Shown here: in pieces, positions 10,556 to 19,546 of the stretch
Numbering within the stretch: the first letter of the stretch is position 1
Layout of the letters: each line of letters opens with the position of its first letter
IMG/VR virus record: IMGVR_UViG_2595698222_000001
Span: 1 to 64,000 of that record
Source: a virus
Lineage: Duplodnaviria > Caudoviricetes
Length of the DNA stretch: 64,000 nt
Reading direction: 5' to 3' (one strand)
Translations under genes and position numbers: made by a program
Notes under the pieces: model-generated
Told to the model about the DNA's origin: nothing
What the model saw: only the letters and a program-made list of their open reading frames with translations
The model's database searches: none

Positions 10556-10990
10556 ATGGCAAAAGTGAATTTGGAAGAGTTTGCGGGCGGTGCCCTACAG
10601 GAGAAGTTTGATATGGCTATGGGAAAGGTTCTGGAAAATATGCAGGATCCTAATACCCCATGGAAAAATAAGCGATCTATCACTGTGAAGATAACATTCC
10701 AGCAAAATGAGGACCGGGACGATGCGCAGGTTGATGTATCTGTGGAACCAAAGACAGCTCCGGTTGCGCCTATCGCTACCAGAATGGCAATTGGTAAGGA
10801 TCTTAAGACCGGAGAAACATTCGCACAGGAATACGGTAAACAGCTTCGAGGTCAAATGTCCCTGGAAAATTATCAAACTCCACAAGGTGATTTCAAAGTT
10901 GATGGCAAAACTGTTGATCCAGAGACAGGAGAAATCAAAGAAGAATCAGATGGTAAAGTTGTAGATTTAAGAGTAGCCAAACAGGCATAA
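10556..10990 (+). CDS. Conserved phage early protein
   Basis: GALQEKFD...DPNT motif, RBS; typically paired with the next gene. Confidence 0.6.
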   Translation: MAKVNLEEFAGGALQEKFDMAMGKVLENMQDPNTPWKNKRSITVKITFQQNEDRDDAQVDVSVEPKTAPVAPIATRMAIGKDLKTGETFAQEYGKQLRGQMSLENYQTPQGDFKVDGKTVDPETGEIKEESDGKVVDLRVAKQA

Positions 10991-11004
10991 GGAGGATTTT
11001 AATT

Positions 11005-11727
11005 ATGGATATGACAAGGGAAGCATTACAGTATGTGGTTGGATTAAGTGAAGCAAATATCCTGGAAATCAACGGAGATACATATACCGATAAGCAGGTC
11101 CACAGAATTGATAATAGTCTGCATGCAGCAGCAATTGAGATGAACACGCTATCAAGTCTGGTGGACTATGCCAAGGCATTTGCTGATGAGATGTCAGATC
11201 AGATGTTGGTGCAGGTAGTTTCTCCAACGGAAGTCAAACTGATTTCATGCCTTGATGCGGATCGGAAACGTGAATGTCTGGTAAATGTATCGGCTATGAT
11301 TCCAGATTTTAACTATGGTAGGTACATGGACCATGAAAGTTTCATCATTGCTTTACAGTCAAAATTCATTGACAACAAAGACCGGGAGTTACTGTTAAGA
11401 TTCGCTGGCACCGTGAAAGATGAGTCTATTGCTCAGTACGGTGATGATGGCGTGACTCAGAAAGCTACCATAAAGACTGGGATTACTTCCGTTGGTGAGG
11501 CAATCGTTCCAAATCCGGTTCACCTGTGCCCATTCCGAACATTCGTTGAAGTGGAGCAGCCAGAAAGTGCTTTTGTATTCCGTATGAAGCAGAGTGAAGG
11601 GCGCGGCGTAGAATGTGCCATCTTTGAAGCTGATGGTGGGGCCTGGAAGAATGCAGCTATGAGAAATATTAAGGGATACCTTCAGTCTGAGTTATCTGAG
11701 TTGCCACAGTTTACAGTGATTTCTTAA
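11005..11727 (+). CDS. Conserved phage early protein
   Basis: DDGVTQ, PFRTFVEVEQPES, EADGGAW motifs; strong RBS. Confidence 0.6.
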   Translation: MDMTREALQYVVGLSEANILEINGDTYTDKQVHRIDNSLHAAAIEMNTLSSLVDYAKAFADEMSDQMLVQVVSPTEVKLISCLDADRKRECLVNVSAMIPDFNYGRYMDHESFIIALQSKFIDNKDRELLLRFAGTVKDESIAQYGDDGVTQKATIKTGITSVGEAIVPNPVHLCPFRTFVEVEQPESAFVFRMKQSEGRGVECAIFEADGGAWKNAAMRNIKGYLQSELSELPQFTVIS

Positions 11728-11780
11728 CAACGTTATCGCCGGCTCAGTCAATGGGCCGGCGAAGAAAGAAGGACTAGAGC

Positions 11781-12224
11781 ATGAATCGTGTAATTTTAAT
11801 GGGACGCCTGACCCGTGATCCAGAAGTGAGATATTCCCAAGGAGAGCGTACTATGGCAGTGGCAAAGTATACTCTTGCAGTAGACCGCAGAGGAAGACGA
11901 CAAGAAGGCCAGCAGTCAGCAGATTTTATTAATTGTGTAGCGTTCGATAAGGCGGGAGAATTCGCAGAAAAATATTTCCGACAGGGTATGAGAATATTGG
12001 TATCCGGAAGAATTCAGACCGGTAGTTATACAAATAAAGATGGTATTAAGGTCTACACCACCGATATCATGGTTGAAGATCAGGAATTTGCAGATAGCAA
12101 GAATGCTTCTTCCGGTGGAGGAAGCCAACCTACGAACACACCGGGAATTTCTGGTTCAATAGTAGGCGATGGTTTTATGAATATTCCAGATGGCGTAGAA
12201 GATGAAGGCCTTCCCTTTAACTAA
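11781..12224 (+). CDS. ssb: Single-stranded DNA-binding protein
   Basis: MNRVILMGRLTRDPEVRY...ADFINCVAF; C-terminal LPFN. Confidence 0.95.
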   Translation: MNRVILMGRLTRDPEVRYSQGERTMAVAKYTLAVDRRGRRQEGQQSADFINCVAFDKAGEFAEKYFRQGMRILVSGRIQTGSYTNKDGIKVYTTDIMVEDQEFADSKNASSGGGSQPTNTPGISGSIVGDGFMNIPDGVEDEGLPFN

Positions 12225-12230
12225 TGGGAG

Positions 12231-12629
12231 GTGCTGCATGTGAATAAGAAAAATCAACCAAAGCCTTCCGAGGTTATAAAAAATTTTCTTGATTATCTGG
12301 TAAATAGCCAGAAGGAATATCAGGCGGCCTGCACAGAAATGTTTGCTGAAGATAAAAAGGTTCAGGATTTTCTCCATGCTATTGAGTTTGAAAAAGATAG
12401 TAAGGTCCGTAGTAAAATAAGCACTAAATTTCATATTAGCAGAAATTTCCGGAGAGCTGCAAAGGACAGATCACTTCAACTTGAGCGAGTTGCAAAATTC
12501 TATTCAGATAAGGCTAATAAGCCATTTATTGATAAATTGCGCAGCATGGTTCAGGATCAGAAGAAAGAAGAGGAGTGGCTTGAAAGTGAGCGTGTTTATT
12601 ATCCCAGAGGAGGTGATCCCGATTGCTGA
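12231..12629 (+). CDS. Hypothetical phage protein
   Basis: ORF coupled within the operon. Confidence 0.55.
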   Translation: MLHVNKKNQPKPSEVIKNFLDYLVNSQKEYQAACTEMFAEDKKVQDFLHAIEFEKDSKVRSKISTKFHISRNFRRAAKDRSLQLERVAKFYSDKANKPFIDKLRSMVQDQKKEEEWLESERVYYPRGGDPDC

Positions 12630-13369
12630 TTTTGGAGGATACCAGACAGCAAGAGAAAAAACATGATGTTAAGCATGAGTATTTCCGGCGTGTTGGAGTT
12701 CATTATAATCGAACTGCATTATATTGTGGGGATTATACTCTCCCTGCGAATCAGAGTGTTTGTATAGATACAAAAAAAGATATTCATGAGCTTATCGGCG
12801 ATATTCAAGTTAAGCAAATGCCTAAAAAAGAAGTAAAAGATAAAGTTTACGAAATCTGTAAAAATGAGCGAATTTCATTTGATCTTGCTGATGAAATATA
12901 TCATGCGATATGTGATGATGATGCAGATCGGTTTGCAGAAAAAGATATTAATGAAGTTTGCTATAAATATGCTTTATCTGAAAGCGTAATAGCCTCGTTT
13001 CAGGCACTTTATGTTAAAAGACACGGGTTCTTCCATCGAGGACTTAAAAGGGCGCAGAATAGCAAAATAGGGCTATTTATATTGATTGAGAATGAGGACG
13101 GGGTAACTTCTATAGATGATTTGTTCTATTGGCATAATCCTCGGCTTGATATACTGGTTAATAGTAATCAAATGATTGGTTTCTGCAAAAGTGGTAAGCC
13201 CAGATATAAGAAGGTAAGGAAATATCCTTATGCGGCTACTGGGGAATGGCTGGCAAAGGCCTGCCTAACTATGGAATTAAAGTATAGCTGTAAGTTTCTT
13301 TTTTGCAGCCCGGGGGAATCCGGATCAAAGATTTTAGAACTTTTGGGAATTTCCCAGATTAATTATTGA
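12623..13369 (+). CDS. ERCC4-domain nuclease (putative resolvase)
   Basis: EDTRQQ, L-x-x-GDY, IDTKK, LFILIE. Confidence 0.7.
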   Translation: MLILEDTRQQEKKHDVKHEYFRRVGVHYNRTALYCGDYTLPANQSVCIDTKKDIHELIGDIQVKQMPKKEVKDKVYEICKNERISFDLADEIYHAICDDDADRFAEKDINEVCYKYALSESVIASFQALYVKRHGFFHRGLKRAQNSKIGLFILIENEDGVTSIDDLFYWHNPRLDILVNSNQMIGFCKSGKPRYKKVRKYPYAATGEWLAKACLTMELKYSCKFLFCSPGESGSKILELLGISQINY

Positions 13370-13430
13370 ATTGACTGACCGGAGCTTTTGGTTCCGGTCA
13401 GAGAGCTAAATTGACGGGTGGTGTTTTAAT

Positions 13431-13868
13431 ATGGGATGTCCTATTATTCCAACGATACAATGCCAGCTAAATTGTCCGTATCGTGAATGCAAGAAGCAAA
13501 TTACAGCTGATGAAATGCGGTTGTCAGAGCGGATTGATATTGAAATAAAGCTTGATCCTCTTCCCGATGACTATAGATCTAGGTGGGCCAGGAATAACTC
13601 AGAACGAAATAAGGCTAATAAGCGTAGGCATTACATAGAAAATTATGATTCTTATAAGGCAAGAAGAATGGCCTATTATCAAGGCCATAAAGAAGAGATA
13701 TTGTCGAAGCAGCATGAATATTACCAGAGGAATAAGGAGCTTATAAATGCACGAGATCGTGACAGAAAGCGTGACAGATGGGCTGAAAATCCGGAGTACT
13801 ACAGGCAAAAGCAGAGAGAATATCGAGCGAAAAGGAAAGCAGAGAAATCATTGTCATTGAATACATAA
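13431..13868 (+). CDS. Basic helical-repeat hypothetical protein
   Basis: Repeated YY-x-x-N/H-KE motifs. Confidence 0.5.
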   Translation: MGCPIIPTIQCQLNCPYRECKKQITADEMRLSERIDIEIKLDPLPDDYRSRWARNNSERNKANKRRHYIENYDSYKARRMAYYQGHKEEILSKQHEYYQRNKELINARDRDRKRDRWAENPEYYRQKQREYRAKRKAEKSLSLNT

Positions 13869-13981
13869 GGCAATCTTCAGTAAAAAGAGGAAATTGGATT
13901 ATAAGATATTTAAGGTGAATAAAAAATTCATTTAACTAAAAAGCTGAAAACTTTTGAAATTGATTATGGGAGGTTGCGTTA

Positions 13982-14827
13982 ATGACACATAGTTTTGATT
14001 CCGAGATAGCAGAGAAATATGGAATACTGGAAGCTATACTTCTAAATAATATTTATTATTGGATTGAAAAAAATCGAGCAAATGAGCTAAACTTTTTTGA
14101 TGGAACTTATTGGACATATAACAGCGCAAAGGCATTTAGTCAATTGTTTTCATACGCCTCTGAAAGACAGATTAATTATGCCTTGAAACATCTGCGTGAA
14201 GAAGAAATTCTTCTTGTTGGAAATTATAACGAGAAAACATATGATAGAACTTTATGGTATTCCATAAGTGAGTGTGGTCTAGCCATTATAGAGAAAAGAG
14301 AAATCAAAAATACGGAAATGTCAAATGGAGATAGCAAAAATGTAGAATCCATTTTACAAAATTGTCAAATGGAAATAACAAATTTGTCAGATGGATTTGA
14401 CACTAATGTAGAACCTATACCAGATATAAAACCAGATAATAAACCAAATATAAAACCAAATGATAATACAGTATCTAACGATACTGTTCGCAGCACTGAC
14501 GTGCAACGTGTCATTGATGCCTGGAATTCTTTGCCTGGATTAAGCCGCATTACAAAAATTGTTTCCGGTACTCAACGTTACGATTGGTTAAAAGTACGGA
14601 TTAGGGATTATGGTATTGAAGAAGTGTTAAGAGCAATTGAAAATGTTCGGAGTAGTCCATTTCTTCTCGGGAGAAGTAAAAGCGGTTGGACCATTGATTT
14701 TGATTGGTTTGTAAGGCCGAATAATTTCCCCAAAGTACTTGATGGTAATTATCTAGATGATAAATCAGCAAGCCAAGAGCCCAATAATCCAGAGTCTCAT
14801 AATGATGGTGGAGAAACATGGCAGTAG
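13982..14827 (+). CDS. Phage replication initiator / replisome organiser
   Basis: N-terminal wHTH (WTYNS...DRTLWY) and C-terminal FDWFVRPNNFPKVLDGNY. Confidence 0.82.
   Translation: MTHSFDSEIAEKYGILEAILLNNIYYWIEKNRANELNFFDGTYWTYNSAKAFSQLFSYASERQINYALKHLREEEILLVGNYNEKTYDRTLWYSISECGLAIIEKREIKNTEMSNGDSKNVESILQNCQMEITNLSDGFDTNVEPIPDIKPDNKPNIKPNDNTVSNDTVRSTDVQRVIDAWNSLPGLSRITKIVSGTQRYDWLKVRIRDYGIEEVLRAIENVRSSPFLLGRSKSGWTIDFDWFVRPNNFPKVLDGNYLDDKSASQEPNNPESHNDGGETWQ
14319..14487. repeat. Putative replication origin iterons inside the initiator gene
   Basis: TGTCA(A/G)ATGGA at 14319, 14363 and 14385. Four 12-bp ACCA(G/A)AT.. repeats at about 14419-14466. Dyad ACAGTATC-TAAC-GATACTGT at 14468-14487. 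Confidence 0.6.
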
Positions 14828-16857
14828 GACAGAAGTTGTTTGACCCTGATGAAATCCGAAAAACAATCAATACGATAAAACCTGATGGAGAATTGTTTGA
14901 GGTACGGTGTCTTGAAGCAAATGGGCGAAAAGTTTACAGCGGATATTTTAAATCACCTGAAACCTTAATTGACCAGCTTTGTAGGCTTAATTCTACAGAC
15001 AGTAATATTTACATAACTCTGGGGTGTGTGAAAGAAGACTGTTATTCACGGGAGCAACGGGAAAAGTTCGTCATGAACGCAAAGAATACGACTAATGACA
15101 ATGATATTGTGGGGTATAAATGGCTTTTCATAGATGTGGATCCGCAACGGCCGGCCGGAGTTTCCAGTTCTGAAGAACAGTTGCGGAAAGCAAAGGAACG
15201 TGGCAATCAGATTTATGTATTCATGAAGAATCTTGGATTTAATGATCCGGTAACGGCTTTGAGTGGTAACGGGATTCATCTGCTATATCGGATTCAGATC
15301 GCCAATAACGAGGATAACAAGGCACTGATCAAAAAGTCTCTAGCGGCACTGGATATGTTCTTCAGTGATGACGAACTGAAAATAGATACAACTAACTTTA
15401 ATCCCTCCCGTATTTGTAAACTGTATGGGACCATGGCCAGAAAAGGCAGCAATACAAAGGAGAACCCTCACAGGCTTAGTCATCTGCTTTCTGAGGGGAA
15501 CCCAGTGCCAACAGATAAGATTTATCTGGAAAAGCTAACGGCCATGATTCCGGATAAGCAGGAAAAGCCACAGAGGTATAACAATTATAATCCCAAAGAT
15601 TTTGATTTAGAAGAGTGGCTACAACGGTATAATATCCAATATAAAAAGGCTGGCTACAGTGATGGAACTAAATTCATTCTGGACGAATGTCCGTTTGATA
15701 GCAACCATAAAGGTAAAGATGCTTGTATCTTTCAGTCTCGGTCCGGCGGTATTGGATTCCATTGCTTTCACAATTCATGTTCGGATAAGACCTGGCAGGA
15801 TGTGAGAAAGCTTTTTGAGCCAGACGCTTATGAAAAGCGGCAGCAGGAATATGAGCGCAAGATTTATTCACGGTTACCGGTACAGCAACGCCCAGTACAG
15901 AGCATTGTGCCGGTCCAAGGGAATCCGGTGTTTTTCACGGCAAGAAATATTTTAGACCTGCAGGTACCGGAAGAAAGATTCGTGAAAAGTGGAATAGTTG
16001 ATATTGACAAGAAACTGAGAGGATTAAAAAAAGGATATGTAACTGTTATGTCTGGCTTAAGAGCCTCTGGAAAATCCAGTGTCATATCTGAAATGGTTTT
16101 GGACGCAGTGGAAACTGGAAATAATGCTGCGGTATTCTCTGGGGAGTTAGCACCAAAGAATTTCATGAGGTGGATGGACCTGCAGGCTGCCGGAAGAGGA
16201 TATACGGAGCCTACGCAATTTGAAGGATATTACAATGTTCCCAGAAAGTATAAGGAGCAGATTGCAGAATGGTTGGGTCAGCATTTCTTCTTGTACAACA
16301 ACGATTACGGTAATGATTACCGGGCGGTGGCAGAACAGTTTGAAAAGGCCATTGAGGAAAAGAAGCTGGATTTGCTGATTCTGGATAACCTGATGGCTTT
16401 CAATATCCTTTGCCTATCAGATAACAAATTCGAAGCGCAGACAGCATTTATTCTTGATATGCAGCGGATTGCAAAGAAACACAATGTCCATGTGCTATTT
16501 GTAGCACACCCGAGAAAGGCAATGGGATTCCTCCGGCTTGATGATATATCCGGTACTGCGGACCTGGGAAATGCAGTTGACAATGCCCTGATAGTGCACA
16601 GGGTTAATAATGACTTTAAAAGGCTTGGTAAGCAGATGTTTGGCTGGAATGACAATAACCCGATATTTGAATCCACCAATGTGATTGAAATTGCAAAAGA
16701 TCGAGACGGCGGCACAATGGATTATTTCGTTCCGCTACACTACGAAATAGAAACTAAGCGATTGAAAAATTCGCCTGCTGAAAACAAAATCTATGGCTGG
16801 AATAAATCTGATGATGGATTCCTGAATGTGGAGCAGGGCGAGATACCTTTTGATTGA
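14818..16857 (+). CDS. Primase-helicase (AEP primase, Zn finger, DnaB/Twinkle-like helicase)
   Basis: FIDVD, SGNGIH, RICKLYGT; CPF...CFHNSC; SGLRASGKSS, LILDNL, VAHPRK, IAKDR. Confidence 0.88.
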   Translation: MAVGQKLFDPDEIRKTINTIKPDGELFEVRCLEANGRKVYSGYFKSPETLIDQLCRLNSTDSNIYITLGCVKEDCYSREQREKFVMNAKNTTNDNDIVGYKWLFIDVDPQRPAGVSSSEEQLRKAKERGNQIYVFMKNLGFNDPVTALSGNGIHLLYRIQIANNEDNKALIKKSLAALDMFFSDDELKIDTTNFNPSRICKLYGTMARKGSNTKENPHRLSHLLSEGNPVPTDKIYLEKLTAMIPDKQEKPQRYNNYNPKDFDLEEWLQRYNIQYKKAGYSDGTKFILDECPFDSNHKGKDACIFQSRSGGIGFHCFHNSCSDKTWQDVRKLFEPDAYEKRQQEYERKIYSRLPVQQRPVQSIVPVQGNPVFFTARNILDLQVPEERFVKSGIVDIDKKLRGLKKGYVTVMSGLRASGKSSVISEMVLDAVETGNNAAVFSGELAPKNFMRWMDLQAAGRGYTEPTQFEGYYNVPRKYKEQIAEWLGQHFFLYNNDYGNDYRAVAEQFEKAIEEKKLDLLILDNLMAFNILCLSDNKFEAQTAFILDMQRIAKKHNVHVLFVAHPRKAMGFLRLDDISGTADLGNAVDNALIVHRVNNDFKRLGKQMFGWNDNNPIFESTNVIEIAKDRDGGTMDYFVPLHYEIETKRLKNSPAENKIYGWNKSDDGFLNVEQGEIPFD

Positions 16858-16873
16858 GAGGAGGTAATGTATC

Positions 16874-17194
16874 GTGACATTAAGCACTCAAAAGCCAACA
16901 CGGGAAGAACGTGCGGCTATGACCAAAGATGAATTGCTTAGAGCAGTGTGGCTTCTTGATGATGTACTTGAATCTTTAAGGTGGATTCCGATTAAGGAAA
17001 GGCAGCCTAAATATGACGGGGAGTATGAAACAACTGTAAGGACATTACCTGGATTTAAGGGTGTTTCGCCTGGTGTTGTACAGAATGTCCGAATGGTTTA
17101 TGTGTCCGGGAAATGGAAAAGCCAATGGTTTCAGGAAATTCCCTACTATGAGGTATTGGCGTGGCGTGAAGTTGCAGAGCCGTTTAAAGGTTGA
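16874..17194 (+). CDS. Hypothetical phage protein (DUF551-like tail)
   Basis: WIPIKERQP...VLAWREVAEPF. Confidence 0.55.
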   Translation: MTLSTQKPTREERAAMTKDELLRAVWLLDDVLESLRWIPIKERQPKYDGEYETTVRTLPGFKGVSPGVVQNVRMVYVSGKWKSQWFQEIPYYEVLAWREVAEPFKG

Positions 17195-17224
17195 TACATA
17201 ACCTGCTTAGGCAGAAAGGACAAT

Positions 17225-17650
17225 ATGAATACATATGTGATTACTTTATCAGGATATGATAGGCAGGCAACTGCTTACGGTGAAACGTCGGGAAAGGCTA
17301 AGTATAATTCCTACTTAGAAATGGGAGATTTATTTGATAGCTTTGCTGAATTTTTGCGATTTGTAAAAAGCATAAAGCTGATCCATAAATTCAGACCGTG
17401 TGATTTGTTTGGTGATATTGAACAGTTCGAGCGAATGAAAGAATGTCGTAATATCCCATTCGCTTTTATGGGAATGAAGGTGATTTTAAAATCCAGAAGC
17501 AGAGGAAATATTAAAGGAGCCATTGTCGGTTCAAATGACAGCATGAACTTGGATATCTGCTTTGATGGAACCTGCCATAAAGAGAATTGTCACCCACATT
17601 ATGAATTGATCTATCTGGATAATAGTGGGAACATCGTAGCCGAATTTTAA
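17225..17650 (+). CDS. Hypothetical phage protein
   Basis: ORF with RBS. Confidence 0.55.
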   Translation: MNTYVITLSGYDRQATAYGETSGKAKYNSYLEMGDLFDSFAEFLRFVKSIKLIHKFRPCDLFGDIEQFERMKECRNIPFAFMGMKVILKSRSRGNIKGAIVGSNDSMNLDICFDGTCHKENCHPHYELIYLDNSGNIVAEF

Positions 17651-17986
17651 TTGGGATTTAAAGAAATCAGGACAGAGAGGAGAAAAGGCATGACAGAATA
17701 TTTAGCAGAAAGTACCCTTGCAAACATGAGATTTGGTTTGTCCATAACAAGACCGGGAATAAATGCAGTAAACGAAAAAATGGCTCTTGAAATAGCTATA
17801 AGTGCATTGGAAAAACAAATTCCAGTTAAGCCCATAGAAGATGGTTCATTTGGGAAATGCCCGGCTTGTGGATATGAATTTAATTCGGAGCTTCTGAGTG
17901 AGTACAATTTGAAATACTGCTTAAATTGTGGGAAGAAGATTCAACTCGCTAAGCAAGGTTTGGAGGTAGACAATGAAAATCATTAA
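17651..17986 (+). CDS. Zinc-ribbon phage protein (true start probably ATG 17689-17691 region)
   Basis: ALEKQIPVKP...CPAC...YCLNCG. Confidence 0.6.
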   Translation: MGFKEIRTERRKGMTEYLAESTLANMRFGLSITRPGINAVNEKMALEIAISALEKQIPVKPIEDGSFGKCPACGYEFNSELLSEYNLKYCLNCGKKIQLAKQGLEVDNENH

Positions 17987-18185
17987 GCAAGACGGCAATG
18001 TAGTTAAGGGGCACAGTATTGAAATGCAAGGTTGTGTTATCTACTGTACTCCAGATGATCAGCCAGGTAAATGTGTAGAGTGTGGTAGGTATAGAGATAT
18101 GCTGCGGACAACAGAAGTGTTTTCAGAAATGACCATTGCAGGTTGGAGCTTTAAAAATCCCGAATATGCTATGCCACAAAATTAG
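17973..18185 (+). CDS. Hypothetical phage protein
   Basis: RBS GGAGG; overlaps the upstream stop. Confidence 0.5.
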   Translation: MKIIKQDGNVVKGHSIEMQGCVIYCTPDDQPGKCVECGRYRDMLRTTEVFSEMTIAGWSFKNPEYAMPQN

Positions 18186-18213
18186 AATTTAATGAATTAA
18201 CGTACATTGAAAA

Positions 18214-18900
18214 CTTAATATTGATAGTTAGTAAGGGTAGTGGTATTCTATTCATGAAGATTATTTATATAATAGGAGGGTGAAGCGATTGGAGCAAATT
18301 AAATTACAACTTCCTAAAACATACCATAAAGAAGCCGCAGAAGATTATAAGAATGAATTCTTCAAATATAATGAATACGTTATTAACGGAAGTGCATTAT
18401 TTGACCAAATGAAATATGACCAATGGCTTGTTAACACCACAAATAACAGCAAAGAAAGTACAGTAAGGGCAGATTGGGTGGTAGCAAGTACATTTTTTGC
18501 AGTCAGACAGTGCGATAATAAAATTATTGGAATGATAGATATACGCCATACTTTAAATAACGATTTTTTAATGCAATATGGTGGCCATATAGGTTATTCA
18601 GTGAGACCAAGTGAAAGAAAAAAGGGCTATGCAACAGCAATGGTTCGGCTGGGGCTTAATTATGCAAAAACACTTGGCCTTAATAAAGTGATGTTGGGGT
18701 GTTATGCAGATAACGTTCCCTCAATACAAACCATTAAAAAGTGTGGCGGTATATTGACTGAAATAAAACCATATTTGGATGGAAAAACAATTCATATATA
18801 TTGGATTTATTTACAGTAATTCTACTAAATGATTACAATATGATTGAATTAAATATGTTAAGAAAACTACTAACTATCAGTATTAAGCTGGTAGTTTTTT
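18214..18900 (+). mobile_element. Framed moron cassette 1 (promoter plus inverted repeat, gene, inverted repeat plus terminator)
   Basis: CTTAATATTGATAGTTAGTA (18214-18233) against TACTAACTATCAGTATTAAG (18868-18887), 19/20 inverted match. TTGATA-17-TATTCT promoter. Hairpin plus T-tract at 18872-18900. Confidence 0.75.
18280..18819 (+). CDS. GNAT-family acetyltransferase (moron)
   Basis: GGHIGYSVRPSERKKGYAT...DNVPSIQTIKKCGG. Confidence 0.92.
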   Translation: MKRLEQIKLQLPKTYHKEAAEDYKNEFFKYNEYVINGSALFDQMKYDQWLVNTTNNSKESTVRADWVVASTFFAVRQCDNKIIGMIDIRHTLNNDFLMQYGGHIGYSVRPSERKKGYATAMVRLGLNYAKTLGLNKVMLGCYADNVPSIQTIKKCGGILTEIKPYLDGKTIHIYWIYLQ

Positions 18901-18945
18901 AGTGCAGAAATTTAATTAAGCAAACTGAAATTTAATGGAGGCTAT

Positions 18946-19464
18946 ATGTTAGATAACAGGTTAAAAGTTTTTGTTGCAGTGTGCGAAACCCGCGGATATC
19001 AAAAGGCTGCTGATAAATTATTTATCTCACAGCCTGCGGTATCACATCACATACGAAACTTAGAGCAGGAAATGGGAACAAAACTCATTGTATTTAGAAA
19101 AGGGCAGCTTAAGTTAATGCAACTCACGAAACACGGAGAAATATTATTTAAGTATTGCAAGCAGGTAGTTAAACAAGATAAGCAATTACAAGAGGAATTA
19201 GCTCAGAACAAGAATTATGTTCCCCCATTTGAGCCATATAAAATTATGACAAAATTATATGAGGATCCTGACTACATAATGGGGAAAAGGCTAAGTGAGT
19301 TGGTATCATCTATTGCCGAAACTAGATCCGAAAGGGATCGTCTATATAATGCTTTACGTGATGATCCAGATGTAAGGAAGAAAGTATTTGATAGCGGTCA
19401 GCGTAGATTTTATTATTATCACACAGACGATGTTAAAAAGTATATTGAAGATATGCGAATCTGA
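18946..19464 (+). CDS. LysR-type HTH fused to a non-LysR C-terminus
   Basis: AADKLFISQPAVSHHIRNLEQEMG; no substrate-binding domain. Confidence 0.8.
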   Translation: MLDNRLKVFVAVCETRGYQKAADKLFISQPAVSHHIRNLEQEMGTKLIVFRKGQLKLMQLTKHGEILFKYCKQVVKQDKQLQEELAQNKNYVPPFEPYKIMTKLYEDPDYIMGKRLSELVSSIAETRSERDRLYNALRDDPDVRKKVFDSGQRRFYYYHTDDVKKYIEDMRI

Positions 19465-19487
19465 TATTTTGCATAGTTGAAAATCAT

Positions 19488-19540
19488 TGAAAGGAGACCG
19501 GAGCGGTGGCCACCGTGACAGGATATCCTGGCTTCTTTCA
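19488..19540 (+). promoter_or_regulatory. SD-sequestering leader motif, copy A
   Basis: TGAAAGGAG...CGGTGGCCACCG...CAGGATATCCTG-G-CTTCTTTCA, then ATG at 19547. Confidence 0.65.
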
Positions 19541-19546
19541 CAAATA